Position numbers and translations under genes: made by a program. From NCBI GenBank assembly GCA_973895155.1, contig OZ316893.1, forward strand, positions 27,414,210 to 27,478,209: 64,000 bases of DNA, read 5' to 3'. Below, piece by piece: positions 1 through 13,022 of the stretch (its first letter is position 1; each line of letters opens with the position of its first letter). Below the pieces are notes generated by a model. It searched no databases and had not been told where the DNA came from. It worked only from the letters and a program-made list of their open reading frames with translations. This DNA is from Marsupella aquatica (Eukaryota > Plantae > Marchantiophyta).

Positions 1-1778
1 ATCGAAAGGCAATCTGAAATGTAGGGTCATGTTTGGCCATTGAGTCACGAACACCTGGAGTGTAATCAAGCATACATTCCTTACAACAAGCTTCTCGCAC
101 CTCTTTAGTTGACCCCACATTCATTTCCATGAAAATATTGTGACAGGCACAAACTTTGTCAATCGATGTCATGGTTTTACGGTACTCCTGGTCGTAGTTA
201 TGCTGGAAAGCCAGCATCCTGATCTCATGTCTCGTTAGACCAGAGTAAACCCATGCCTCAATCTCACCGTACACTTGCTTTCCATACATTTTGAAAAGTT
301 CAGCCTTTGCACGAGCTCCATGATTACCGCCAATCACTCGATACTTCCATACCCTAGATTTAGTAATGTCCCACTCATGAATTGTGGGACAATCTGTTGG
401 ATCAACTACAACAACAAATGGAGCCGTGAAGTTGGAAGGGTTTTTCATGAGCAACATTTTGATGTTCTCTACATGTAGCCAATCTACAGGTCTAACTAAA
501 GTTGAATTCTCACCCTCATCTTCAAAAATGAGATTATTGACATGCAGAAGCACACTGGTCCTCTAGACTCTGCGTTCAAGCATGAGCTTTGCAAGTTCAG
601 CCTTGATGGCATCTGTCTCAAATGAAGCCAACGGCGTCTCTTCTTCCTCATCTCCCTGAAAAATAACATGGCTTGCAATGAATTTTAAGAAGAATTCAAA
701 ATGCAAACCATTTTCATTATTTCAATGCAATGCGCGATACAAGTATCGCTCCCAACATTCATTTTTGCTAGACAAATAAACTTACCAGGGGAATGCTAAC
801 AACAGCTGAGGTTGGACCTGAGGTAAGGGGTAATCGTTCTTTGGATTGATGCATTGACACAGCTGGAGTGCTTATTGCACCACTTGAATCTGCAGCTAGA
901 GCTACTCCTGTGCCTCCAATCCAACCAGTCCTCTTCTTCTTTGCAAGTGAAGTTGATGGCGATGGAACCTCTGCCTCGACAGGTACCAATTCATCCACAA
1001 CTCCCCTTCCACAACCTCTTCCACGACCACGACCTCGACCACGACCAACACTTGCAGTAGCGCTTGGGCTTGCCTCTACAGATTGAGGTGCTTCACCTAG
1101 AATCACTCTCATGGTAGCTTTTACTTGGGAATTCCCTTTCCCATGTCCCCCGCTCCCACTAGCACAATCAACTCCTTTTGCAACTGAAGATGTGCCACTC
1201 CCGCTAATGGTTGGCTTCCTTACTTTGATCCTTTGTGTGGGTTTAAACTCTTCACCCACGAGTCTCTTATACTCTTTTTGGACAAACGGCAGCATCAAAG
1301 GACTCAAATCATCCACAACATTAGCAACCCACTCAGGCTTGAAGATCTCCATCTCAATTGTACTCGCAACTTCCTTCACAATAGGGTCTTCGGGAAATTT
1401 GTCTAATGTTGAGAGATCATACAAATCCATGTCCACGACAAGGGCCACAAAACCCTTGCTTCTACACATTGTGAGGAAGCTCAATCCAATAGCGATAGAG
1501 TTTTCCTTCCCATGACCCTTCTTAAAGTCACATGCGGCAACCCCAATTACTGGACCAAAGGAGAGTGTAATCTTCTCTGTTTTCTTCACTTGAACCCAAA
1601 GAACGGGTGTCTCCCAGTCAGCTGCTTCCTTGGACAGCATTCGAGTATCCCGAAAGTACCAAGGTCTCCTCACAAACTTTTGTTCATCACAAATATCTTT
1701 TGTCGTCCAAATCACATTACACAAAGTTGTCATGAGGTTCTCGATCTCAACAGACCCTGTCCTTGCACTTCCTTCCAT
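1..1778 (-). pseudogene. 5' part of the element A gene: unknown N-terminal domain plus ParB-like domain (the MTase part would lie outside the window)
   Basis: Exon 1 is 1778-786 (MEGSARTGSVEIENLM...), the GT-AG intron is 785-656, and exon 2 runs from 655 (GDEEEETPLASFETDAIKAE...RPVD...WKYRVIGGNHGARAKAEL...AFQHNYDQEYRK). It is collinear with 38982-40700 and has the same phase-0 intron position. There is an in-frame TAG at about 563-565 and a frameshift near 65. Confidence 0.85.
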
Positions 1779-3691
1779 TGTTTTCCTTTGGCAGATCAAA
1801 TTTGAGATCTACACTGCTTGATCAATCCCACGAGCGATACAAGTATCGCGCTTTGCTTTCTTCTGAATACGGCATCCAAGTTGCTTTCTATTGGGTCCAA
1901 GAACCTTGAGCAGTGGCGTCTGTTGGGAGCTGCTATCGATTCTCATGCGGTTCTAATCCAGCAAGGGTCAAGGCTATCGTTGTCCATCTGCACAATGACA
2001 TGTAGTGCCGGTGAGTCAAATCTGAAGCTCAAGAAGCTCAAAAAATGAAGAATGGCTGACGATACTGGAAATCAATGTAAACTATCAGTTTGATCACTTA
2101 ATCTGCTTCTCAAAACTCAAAATCGCAGAAGAATTGCCAATGCCCGCAGCGATGCAAAAGAGCAACTTACAAAACAATTGGAACAAAAGGAAAGATAGAT
2201 TGACAGACATGACAAGCTGCAACTCCTTCTCTGCCGGTGGTGACTATGATCAACTCACTGTCCTCTCCTTTGTCGCCCTTTGGCTACATCAATTTGAGCG
2301 AGTACTATGTCATGATTGTTATTGTGGGAATGGCCAAATTGACAGCGATGAATTCTAAGTCCTTCAGACTTGCAAGTCTTCCTCCGCTCTTTGGGAATGT
2401 TGCCATTGAGCAGAGAGAGAAGAACGAGAGAACAAGCTTTGCTTTCTTAACAAGCCAACACCTTACAAACCCCCAAGAGGATCCATGAATCCACGATCGG
2501 GCTACAGATACAAGATTGCAGGCTCTAATGGAGTCTCTAGTTTTTGATGTTTTAACTGGGATTACTGAATTCAGCTTAATTCTGAGAACAACATGACTCA
2601 ATCCCAAGAGAGATACAAGCACCGCAATTTGCTTTCAGATTGGGCCAACACTTTCCAATCCATCTGCCGATTCCTCTTTAGATGACAAAACACAAAGACT
2701 CCTACTCGAAGCAATATGACTATCTCATATGTCTTTCACAAGCCACACGGAATGCCTCAAAAACTATTTGTGCAAAACCAACTAAGGGAAATGACTCAAG
2801 AAGCAGACCAAATCCTTTTCACAGTACACACCATGGTTCGCACTGTCTTCATTTGCGCCGCCTCCAGAACTTGTTCTAGTGCTGCCTACAGGGTAAAACT
2901 ATTTCTTTTTGAATCAGCCAGGCCACACCACCTCCTCAATCTCCTCTCTAGCCAAACAATGCTCCTTTCCAAAATCTCTCACACAAGCTCTCACAAAGAC
3001 AAGAAAAAATGGGAAACATTGTATGGGAGAGGATATAGACACGAGGCCGTCACTCTTTGGGCACTCAAAAGATTGTCGAGCCCAACTTTTGCTGGGCACA
3101 TTTTTGCTTGTAAGCGAACGGAACAGAGTATTTGTGTTTGTTTAGGTGGGGTTTTGTCAGGTCCACCTTAGAGGTCACGAGTGACCCAGTCCAATGATCT
3201 TTGCAGCGCAGTCCGTCCTAAATCTACACTACTCAATCCAAAGAGTGATACAAGTATCGCTATTGGCTTTCGGATCCGACCAACAGCTACCCAAGAGAAA
3301 ATAAGGGCCCCAACATAATATGAAGAACTGCGAGATGAGCAGCAAACGGCTTTACAATCTTCAAGAGACAGAATCTAAACCATGATTGAAGTATTTTCAC
3401 TCCTGCACCATGAGACTAATTGAGTTGGCTCAATGCACCAAGCGATACCTGTATTGTTGAGGGTTTGAAACTTAGGTTTGAATGCAACTTACGATACAAG
3501 TATCGCAAGTTGCTCTCTACAAAGCTGATTACGATACGAGTATCACAGTTTGCTTTGGAAAGTGGAAAGCTTACTCTTAAGACCAGAATGCGCATCTGTA
3601 TGGAGAGGAGGTTTTCTTTGGGTTGGGTGAGAGCTTGATTGTGAAAGAGGACTTGAAAAAATGAAACTTCTTTCCATGAGCGGGGCAGTCA

Positions 3692-3759
3692 TATTTATAC
3701 TTTTGGAGGTAGCTATGGTTAATTTCTAGCTTAACCCTAGTTAAACTTAACCATAGTTA
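3692..3759 (-). promoter_or_regulatory. Putative promoter of element A: three TAACC-NN-GGTTA-like palindromes plus a TATA box
   Basis: Motifs at 3710-3721, 3732-3743 and 3748-3759; TATAAATA on the - strand at 3699-3692. The two TATA-proximal motifs and the TATA box have the same spacing as at 35760-35811. Confidence 0.55.
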
Positions 3760-3992
3760 GAGCCTACTGCGCGGTTATGCACAGTTTCACCATTTCTGTA
3801 AATTTCTGATAACCAAAGAATTTACAAATGCAAAGGTCAATACCCGTATCGATCTTTGCATTCCTCCTAATCATGGATGACTATTTTTCTGGAATGCACA
3901 ATTTGTATCGGGTTTTACATGCCTTAGAAAAAAAATTGATCATGAAAAACGAGAAGGGTGGTCACCCTTCTCGATAGGTCCGACATCATGTT

Positions 3993-6900
3993 CTTTCTCC
4001 ACAGCATCCGTAGGAGAGAAAGCCGATGATAACTTGAAATGTGAAGCTAAAGGAATACTCACTGGCTTACAGTTCTCCATGTTGAATCGTGCAAGTACTT
4101 TCCTCGCATACTGGCCTTGACTCAAGCACAACTGTCCAGTCTCAGAGTTCCTAAAAATCTCCATCCCTGAGATCCTCTTGGCCTTACCAAGATCCTTCAT
4201 CCTGAATTCAGCACTCAATTTTGCCTTGAGACAGTCAACCTCAGATTGATCTTTAGCCACAATGAGCATGTCATCCACATAGATCACCAGAATGATGAAA
4301 CCAAATACATCATTCTTGACTGATTTTGTATACACACAAGGATCATACACCATCCTTGTAAAACCTTGAGCAAGCATAAAATCATCAAACCGCTTGTTCC
4401 ACTGTCTGGGAGACTGCTTCAATCCATACAAGGACTTGAGCAATCTGCAAACTAAGTTCTCTTGGCCCTTCTTCATAAAGCCTAGTGGCTGTCTCATGAA
4501 GATCATCTCTTCCAAGTTGCCATAAAGAAAAGCAGTAACAACTCCATTTGATCCATCATCAGACCAAAAAACACAACAAGCTGACACAAGATCCGAATTG
4601 TGGAATACTTAGCCACCGGTGAAAAGACCTCATTGTAATCCACTCCTTTCTCCTGAGTGAATCCTTTGGCAACAAGCCTTGCCTTGTAGATCTTGTCTCC
4701 ACCCTATGAAGGACTATCCTTCAACTTGTAAATCCACTTGCTGTCCACCACTTGCTGAGCTCTTGGAAGCTCCACCAGCTCCCATGTCTTGTTGTCACTC
4801 AAAGATTGCAACTCCCTCTGCATTGCTGTATTCCACTCATGTTTCTGCTCTGAAGCACAAGCCTCACTATACGAAGAAGGCTCTCCTTCTTCCAAGATCA
4901 AAGCCATATCATCTTCATCAGGTGCAATGTCAATATGATCTAGCTTAGATGAGTCTGCCCATTGACCATACCTGGTAGGAGCTCTAGTAGAACGACTGGA
5001 AGTTCTTCTAGTAGATGACTCAGGCTGATCTGTTGTTGTTGCTGGTTGAATTTGAGGTACCCTAGCAACAATTTTCTCCTCTTGTTCCATCATAGGAACC
5101 AGCTCCAAGCCCAGAGCTTCTCCATCTCTCCTTTCATGAACTGCATCATGACTAATCTCCCCCTCAACCCGGTCCGGGATGGGAGATTTCCCCTTGTCAG
5201 TATGGGAGTCCTGAGAACTCTCCCCCTTCTTTGATGATCTGGATTCATTAAAGAACACATCTCTACTAACAATTAGTTTACAGGTTACTGGATCCCATAA
5301 CCTATAACCCTTCACACCTTTCTGATAGCCAAGGAAAATGCACTTCTTCGACTTGGACTCCAGCTTGGATCGAAGCTGGGAAGGTGTAAGCACATAAGCA
5401 TCACATCCAAAAATCCTCAGATGTGAGTAATCTGCTGGACACCCGTACCTCATTTCAAATGGTGTCTTGAATCCAATAGAACTGGATGGAGAAAAATTTA
5501 CCAAATAAGCTACAGTGTTGACAGCTTCAGCCCAAAACTCATGTGGTAAGCATGATTGACTCAAAATACTCCTTGAGCGGTCCAATAGTGTTCGGTTGAG
5601 TCTTTTTGAAACACCATTCTGCTGAGGAGTATAACTTGTTTTGAGATGGCGGGTAATCCCCTGCTCCTTACAATACATTCCAAATTCCCCGGAATTGTAT
5701 TCACCGCCGTTATCCAATCGAAGATATCTCACCTTATTACCAGTCTGATTCTCAACTTGGGCTTTCCACTCCTTAAAAGTGGCAAAAACATCAGACTTAT
5801 TGTGTATAAAGTATATCCACACATACCTTGAGTAATCGTCTATGAACGTGACATAGTATAACCGTCCAGAATGTGAGGGAGTAGGGGCTGGACCCCACAC
5901 ATCACTATGTACATACTCAAGTACCTCCTTGCTGGTGTGAGTTCCAACTCCGAAGGGTTTTTTGTGTTGCTTCCCTAGCACACAGTGCTCATAAAATTCC
6001 AACTTACAAGATTGCAAATTAGAAAGTAATCCTTTCTTCTGAAGAATAACCAAACCTTTTTCACTCATGTGGCCCAAACGGAAGTGCCACAGCCGGGCCG
6101 TCTCCTCATGAGATAAGGTTACATTGGCTTCATCATAGACTACACTGCCCTCCAAAACGTATAGATTGCAATGTCTCTTTTCCTTCAATACAACTTTAGT
6201 ACCATTTGAAACCTGAAGGACACCATTAGCAGAACTCCACTGATGGCCATTTGCCTCTAAAACTCCAAGTGAAATAAGATTTTTCATCATGCTGGGAATA
6301 TGTTTCACATTCCTCAATGTTCTCACAGCACCATCAAACATCTGAAATCTAACAGATCCAAGTCCAACAACTTGACATGGGATTCCATTTCCCATCAACA
6401 CTGACCCGTTGGAAACCGTGTAAGAACTAAAACAATCTCTTCTAAAGCAAATGTGAAAAGTACATGCACTATCTAGAATCCAGTCATCACTACCTGGATT
6501 TGACACTACGTTGAGAGCATAACCTTGACATCACAATATGTCATCATCTTCGAGTAAATCTACCTCATGCGAGCTCGATGTTGCGTTAGCAGAGGACGTA
6601 TGGACCTTTACTCGACAATCCCTTTTCATGTGGCCTGGCTTGCCACAATTCCAACATGCAAGAGGCTTCCTCTCTTGCAATTTCCCTCTGGATTTAGATC
6701 TCCCCCATGATGTAGATCTAAACCTGTTCTGCCCATTTGTGCACTGCGTTGCTCTTCCCCTGTTCACATTGAGCGCAGTGCCAGAAGAAGATGCTGTCTG
6801 TGATTGACCCAACTTCTTCTGAGCATCATCAGACAACAAGGAGCTCACCACCTCATTATACGAAATGGACTTCAGATCTCTGTACAAGAGCACCTGTTTC

Positions 6901-7391
6901 AAGCCCTGATATGACGGCGGTAAGGAGCTTAGCAGAAGCAAGGCCTTATCCTCATCTTCAACTCCTTTTCCCAGGTTTGACAGATCCACCGCTAGACTGT
7001 CAAAATCATCCAGGTGATCCTGCATCTTGCTCCCTTCCTTGAGCCTGAGGCTCATCAAGAGAGACTTCTTGTATTGCCGGTCTGACGCATCTTCCCGGTA
7101 GTACTTCTCTCTTAGACCCTTGAACAGTGACGCGCAATTCGCATAATCATCCAGCTGCTTGATGATGTGCGGCTTGAGATATAGCATCACTGCATTGACA
7201 ACAATCACCTACTCCTGTCTCCACTGTCTCACAAAATCTCCTCCTCTCCATCATACTGCTCTCACGATGAAAGCAGATGAGCTAAGCCCATGGCCCGTAG
7301 AACACCCTTCACTTGTTTCTCCCGCAGCAAGTAGTTAGTACGACCATCGTACTTCTCCACCTCAAACTTCACTCCTCCAAATCTAGCCATC
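3993..7391 (-). pseudogene. Copia gag-pol polyprotein with stops and frameshifts
   Basis: Gag start region MARFGGVKFEVEKYDG; zinc knuckle CWNCGKPGHMKRDC; protease WILDSACTFH; GAG-pre-integrase LWHFRLGHMS; integrase VHSDVWGP/DDYSR/DNGGEY/PQQNG; RT KSLYGLKQSPRQW and YVDDML. The sequence is split across ORFs 7262-7456, 6531-7208, 4704-6506 and 3940-4587. Confidence 0.93.
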
Positions 7392-9292
7392 TCCCTCTTC
7401 TTTCCCACTACCGACAGCTCTGGTAGTAACACAACTGCCTCCACTGCACGCTGCACCGGTGATCATACCGGTGTCACTAGTTCTTCCTCAAACGGTAGCA
7501 GCTCCTCCTCAGACTCTTCGTCTGACCGTCGCGATCCTGAAGCTCCACCAATGCCAATTCTTCCAGTATCCTCCGAGTCACTCATATGAAACAATCACGA
7601 AAAAACGTCATTTTTTGAAACTTCTCATAAAACTCAAAACTCAACACCACCGCGTAGCCCACGAAGCTAGGAGTCCAATACTGAAAGCCAAAATCAAAAT
7701 CAAAATTCGACAGAAAAGTTATTCAAATTTTGGTCGGGGTGGGTAAAACCTTGGGAAACTCCCCCGTTTTGACCACCTCGGAGAATAACCGAAATACCAA
7801 GTATAACCCGTCGTCGGAATCACGATGGTGCGCCGCGTTGCTAACTCTAGTGGCAACGTCCTCACCAAAAAAGAACAAAAAAAGTTACCGTTCGGCGGAC
7901 GAAATCTTTGACGGATGGCCAAAAAACAGCTTTCTGTTTTTTGGGAATATTCCCGCACAGTACAGCAAGTCTCATAGGGGGCCGTTCCTCCTGTCGGAGC
8001 GGTTAAAACGGAGGGTCACAGGGCCCGGGACAGCCAATAGAAGAGCCGGCAAGAAAAAGACAAAAAATGGCCCTAAAGGGGTGCAAAGCACCCTAAATCC
8101 AAAAAATACGAGTATAAAAAGGTGCATCCGCGTCGCATAGGCAACGCGAGGCGTGCCAGGGGGTGTACAGGGCGTCGAGGTGGGGGCCGGGAGTAAAAAT
8201 ATGGCTGCGTACGCAGCCGCGTACAGAGTATGGCCGGACCAGGGAGAACGCCGAGCACAAGAGGGCGAGGTGATCAGTTGCCTTCGGCAGCGCTCAGCCG
8301 CTGCGCGACTGCAGGCAGTTAGACGGCAGGGGATAAAGGCAGGGTCGCGCCAGGCAGGGGTTAGGGGGTGGGGCGAGCGACGGCAGGGCGAGGTGCGGGG
8401 CTTGGAAGCGGGCCGGAAGAGGGCTAGCCAGGGCGCGCGCCGGCCGGCGCTGCGGACCCAGCCAGAAAAATTGGGGTGCGTAGCGGGGAGGGGGGGGGCG
8501 CGGTAAAAAGACGGGGCCGAGAGGAGGTATGAGGTGTGTGTATACACACCTTGTGTGTGTATACACACACCAAGTGACCCCCTTAAAGCCAAAATTAGAC
8601 GCTAAAGCAAGAAATGTCAAGTACTCAACTTAGCAACCGCCGTTTTAAACAAGAAAACAACGAGTTACCGACGGGAAATGTTGCCGAATCACACCGGCGC
8701 CATCTGCAACTCTAGCACTGTAAAAACTTCCGCCGCGTTGCCTTCACTCCGCGTCAAGTGCCAATCCCGGGCTCAAAATGACCGCCTCGCCGTGATCAAA
8801 CCGTTGAGCCGTAGCACTTCGCGTCTCTTCCACCAAGTCGGACGTCACAAAGAGAAACCCGCTTCAGATGTGAACAAGCTCCATAGCTTGTGAAAAAACC
8901 TGAACGCCTCCGTCACTCGTCACGTCTCACTCGGTAACAACTCGGCAACTATCCAGCTACCGAAACGACCAGCTCGCTTCAACCTTCAACTTGAGCTATA
9001 ATGTGCGACCCCTCCCGCACTACACAGCTCACACCGTTGAAAAACGCAAACTTTGGTCTCTCCCCCGAAAACCCGTTGAACACGAATAAAACCCTGAACG
9101 ACGCAAACTTCAATTCCTCCGCACCACGGATACCGATCAGCAAGTTCTAACCACTGTTAGAAAGCCTTCTCACTAACCTATCCGCTCAGTCACACACATT
9201 CAAGTTTCATGCGACGAAACTCCGAATGTACCATCGACAATGAACGCTGGAAAAACCTGTCACGAAAAAAAAACTCGTCACCTCCCAGGCAT

Positions 9293-9304
9293 GCTCTGAT
9301 ACCA
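9293..9304 (-). other. Primer-binding site (tRNA-iMet)
   Basis: TGGTATCAGAGC on the - strand, 2 nt from the LTR end. Confidence 0.9.
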
Positions 9305-9306
9305 CT

Positions 9307-9649
9307 TGTTGAGCATAGACGAATTCGTAACGGCAAGCCCATGAACCATCCAACGCACAATAGTCGACACAGAGAGATACGTGATTCACCTCCACATGAG
9401 GCTACGTCCACGGGAACACACAAGAGCTTTACTGCACTCTAGGCCGACCGGCCATACCAAGCATCCACAGCACAAGCTCTCCCTATCTCTCAACTAGCTC
9501 CATAACAATGAGCCTAAGTTCCACCAGGGTCTAGCATCAGCCCTGGCTATATGCACACCAGCACTACCGCTAACATTAGCTAAGTCCTAACCAGAGTTAG
9601 ACTAACTGTGGTTAGCTCATGAGTCACAAGACTAGAGCAATATCTAACA
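9307..9649 (-). repeat. Copia 5' LTR (343 bp)
   Basis: TGTTGAG...TCTAACA termini, adjacent primer-binding site, and near identity to the split solo LTR at 35274-47971. Confidence 0.93.
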
Positions 9650-12600
9650 ATCTCAACTAAGATTTTCCCTTCAAGTCCTAGCAACATACACTTAATGGTT
9701 GATTCCTTCTTCTTTTAAATAAGGGAATTGAAGAAAAATAGCTTTTTCACTTGGGAATTTCAAAATTCCAAGATGGGGCCTAAAGTTTGGAGAAATAAAC
9801 TTGAGGTAAGCTAAACAAGAAAAATTCGTGTACTGCTATCTATGCCAATTCTTTAGATCATCCTATTTTTGTATATATGTGCAATGGATCAAGTTTGTGA
9901 CTCAATGTATGAGAATTCTAGAATAATAGGAAGGCATGGGGAGTTTGCCAACTATCCAACTCATTTTGGTATAATCTGAATGCATTACTCAAGTAGGCGT
10001 ACATGCATGCTTAAAGGGAAACACTAGAATCACTAATTGTGGTTTATGTATGTTGAGTTTTGGCAGGATCATTTTGCACATGATCTGTGTGGGGATATAT
10101 CTGTGCAGCATGCCTAGATTGATTCGTCGCAAGACAGAGTCTTTGATTTCAAATACAAGTACAGATGCAAACTCACCAAATCAGTCAATGACCAGCACTG
10201 AAACAGATGACTCAGTCAAACTTAAGCATCCCCAAAATTCCATTCAGGATATATATCTATGAAGTGCCAATTTGTGATGCCCCAACAGCCACAAGAACCA
10301 AACTTCCAAAACATCTTCACAAACATCTTCAGACAATTTTAAATATCTCCATTGATCACGTATCAATTTCTCTGGTCACAACACCTTACCTCAAGTTGAA
10401 AGTAAACCACTTGTGTCTATTACTAAGAATGTATATAAGTAAAGAGAGTTTTTAATTTTTATTATCTACTTAGAACTTCAGTTGTATTAATTATACGATT
10501 CAACCATTTGCTTTGTGCTGATGATTACTCTTCTTTTCATCATGCCTTCAGGTCTCCCATTGAGCAGCCTGAATGCTTACAGTTTTTATTGTCATCTTGG
10601 CAGACATCAAAGCTGACATTAGTTCAAAATTCCAAGAACAATGAAACTGTTGCCTTTGCATCATTGGTTCCTTCTAGCAAAAGAAAAATGTAGAGGTTGC
10701 TTGAAACTGTGTAAGACTTGGTAAGATAGAAAAATATCATTGCATAGGTTTCTCAGCTAGATTTGCCACAGACTGTCATACTATTTACAGAGTTATAGTT
10801 AGTCCATGACTTGTGAGTACATACATGATGGCATACATCATGACTTACTTTGTTGGATATGGGAAAGAGCTTTTTGACATAGTACATTTTGAATTGTGTT
10901 ATGTGCAGGACATTTGTGATCTGGATGAGGATGCCAAGCTCACTGTTGCTTACAAGGCAAGTTAGGAGGTTATCTAGCAAGAAAGAGGTCAAACCTCAAC
11001 TCAAAAGTTATATGGCAGTGCAAAATCACAGAGTACAGTTATTTAATGAGCATGCAAATGTTGTTAATTTGGTGAGAAACTGTCCATTCGATTTTCTGGA
11101 CATCAGAAGATGGAAATCCCAGCTTTATTAGATGTCCTTGTAAAATGGGCATTGGAAACAAAGGTTACTATTGTGAACCCTCCTACACCCATGAATGGAA
11201 AGGTCTGTCTCTTTGCTCAGCACATCCAGGATAAGTAAATAAGGATATAGCTTAGCACATCTGGGATTAGTAAATAAGGAGATAGCTCTCTTTTTGCTGT
11301 AGTATGTACTTGCTATCTATCCAGAGAATATAGAGATATAATAGCTCTTTTTTGGCTGTCTTTGAGCTTCACTTCAATCAAGTTTTAGGTAGTCTTTGTA
11401 TGGCTGCTATATATATAGACTTAGGTTTGGAGCTTGGTCTATCCTGCCCTATATATTTTTTCCAGGCACAGCGCACATACTGTCTATTGTTGTCATTAAT
11501 TAAAGGATGAATGTGTCAGAGCAGACCTTGGACACAAGAGACATTGTGCACATATCCTCTATAGTTTGTCACATATATGTTCTAATCCCCAGACAAGAAC
11601 GTACCTGCCTGAAGTTTCATTGTTTGGGCAGAATATTGGCATTATGTTTATTGTTGTCCAAGCTTCTGCCAAACTGTTGTTCATTTGTTAAAGCATGATC
11701 GAGGCTACAAAGTATGGGGTCCTCCATTGTGATATCAAACTTACTAGCTAGACAACTCGTTGCCTCCTTAATGAATCCAAGAATGTATAGAAGCTGTGAC
11801 TTTGGAGAATATATGAAATCACTTGTGCTCTTATGAATCAAAGATTTTAGTTAGTAGTCTAGGACCAGCTAGCAAGCTAGTATTCTAGTATTGCCTTGTT
11901 AATCTGTTATTTGTTGTCTGTACGTGGTAACTCTATAAGGTGAAGATATATGGTCTTGAGTTCACACTACACCAACAATGGCATGCTTGGATTCCACATG
12001 GAGCTGAATAGACAAGTTCCAAAAAAAATGCTTAAGATTGATCGCAGGGTTTGCAGATCAGCAGTTTCACCAGGAATTCAATTGTTCTTTCATGGAGGAA
12101 CTTCAAGATCAAATGACCAATACCCAGGCAGGTACTTACTCCATCAAGAACTCTATGTTGCGCAGACCTAGGTTAGAATCTTATTTTTTTCTTACTTTAT
12201 GTGATATGTTGTTTTGTGCCAGGTGACTCAGTCATAGAAGCCGCCCCGGTTTCTATAGCTGCGGTTGTTGTCGTTCATGTATTAATAACAGGCATACTCT
12301 GAAAAAGGTTCAAAAATTTTGCCTACTGAAGGTTTAGAAGAAAGTCCTTTTTTGTGAGTGTCTGTCATTTGGACACAATGCTAGATCTGTGGCTAGCTAG
12401 TTAGCTATAACTTGTAAAGATTTTACGAGGACTACAAGGCATTTTACAAATCAAGGCTGGTACTTACTGTACTCACGGTTTTGTTGGATGTGTATGGATG
12501 ATTCAATACAGTTGTACCCTCACACTGAATTAAAATGCCTAAACACTAACAGCTTATAAACTCTCAAATTAAGTGAGTTAAAATGCCCCTATGTACATTA

Positions 12601-13022
12601 ACAGCTTCAACTAGTAGTGGTCATGAGCATATTTGTATTGGAAGGGCTGTGGTGGTCTTTGGTTTCTTATTGGCTCTTCGAGACTATCTACTGTGAAGGT
12701 ACAGGACAATTTTTTACTTTCCCTCGATCACACCATTTGGCATCAGCATAAGGTACGGGCTGTTTTCATCTTCACGAAACAACAACTTAAAGTACCAACA
12801 ACAATTATTTGAAAAGGCTTTGTTTTTTTTCTTAAATTCGGTCATTTTCTTTATATATTGACATAATCTCAGTTAAGTAGTAACTCTCTTCAATCAATCC
12901 AGTATACCTTAAGCTATTTACAGACTTTGTATATAGTCTCATAGCTCAGAGGTGTCGAAGTTATTCCTATGTCTTGGGTTCCCTTTACAATGCAGTGGCT
13001 TTTTTTTCCTTGAATGGATTAG

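Larger units (their letters stand above)
1..3992 (-). mobile_element. Partial sister copy (element A) of the Sola-like ParB-methyltransferase DNA transposon, running off the left edge of the window
   Basis: Read on the - strand from 3992 the terminus is AACATGATGTCGGACCTATCGAGAA, which resembles both TIRs of the 35501-47852 element. It is followed by the same T-run/CTAAGGCA subterminal block and the same promoter layout. It carries a homologue of the ParB-like gene. It interrupts the copia RT exactly at ...PTDAVEK|. The putative TSD is CTTT (3993-3996); the other end is outside the window. Confidence 0.85.
3993..9649 (-). mobile_element. Ty1/copia LTR retrotransposon, decayed and interrupted in RT by element A
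   Basis: 5' LTR at 9307-9649 (TG...CA), tRNA-Met primer-binding site, then gag-protease-integrase-RT in copia order. Confidence 0.95.

Noticed and set aside
7972-8620. Long overlapping ORFs (206, 117 and 108 aa) in the copia leader
   Set aside because: They are open only because of high GC content and show no recognisable motifs.
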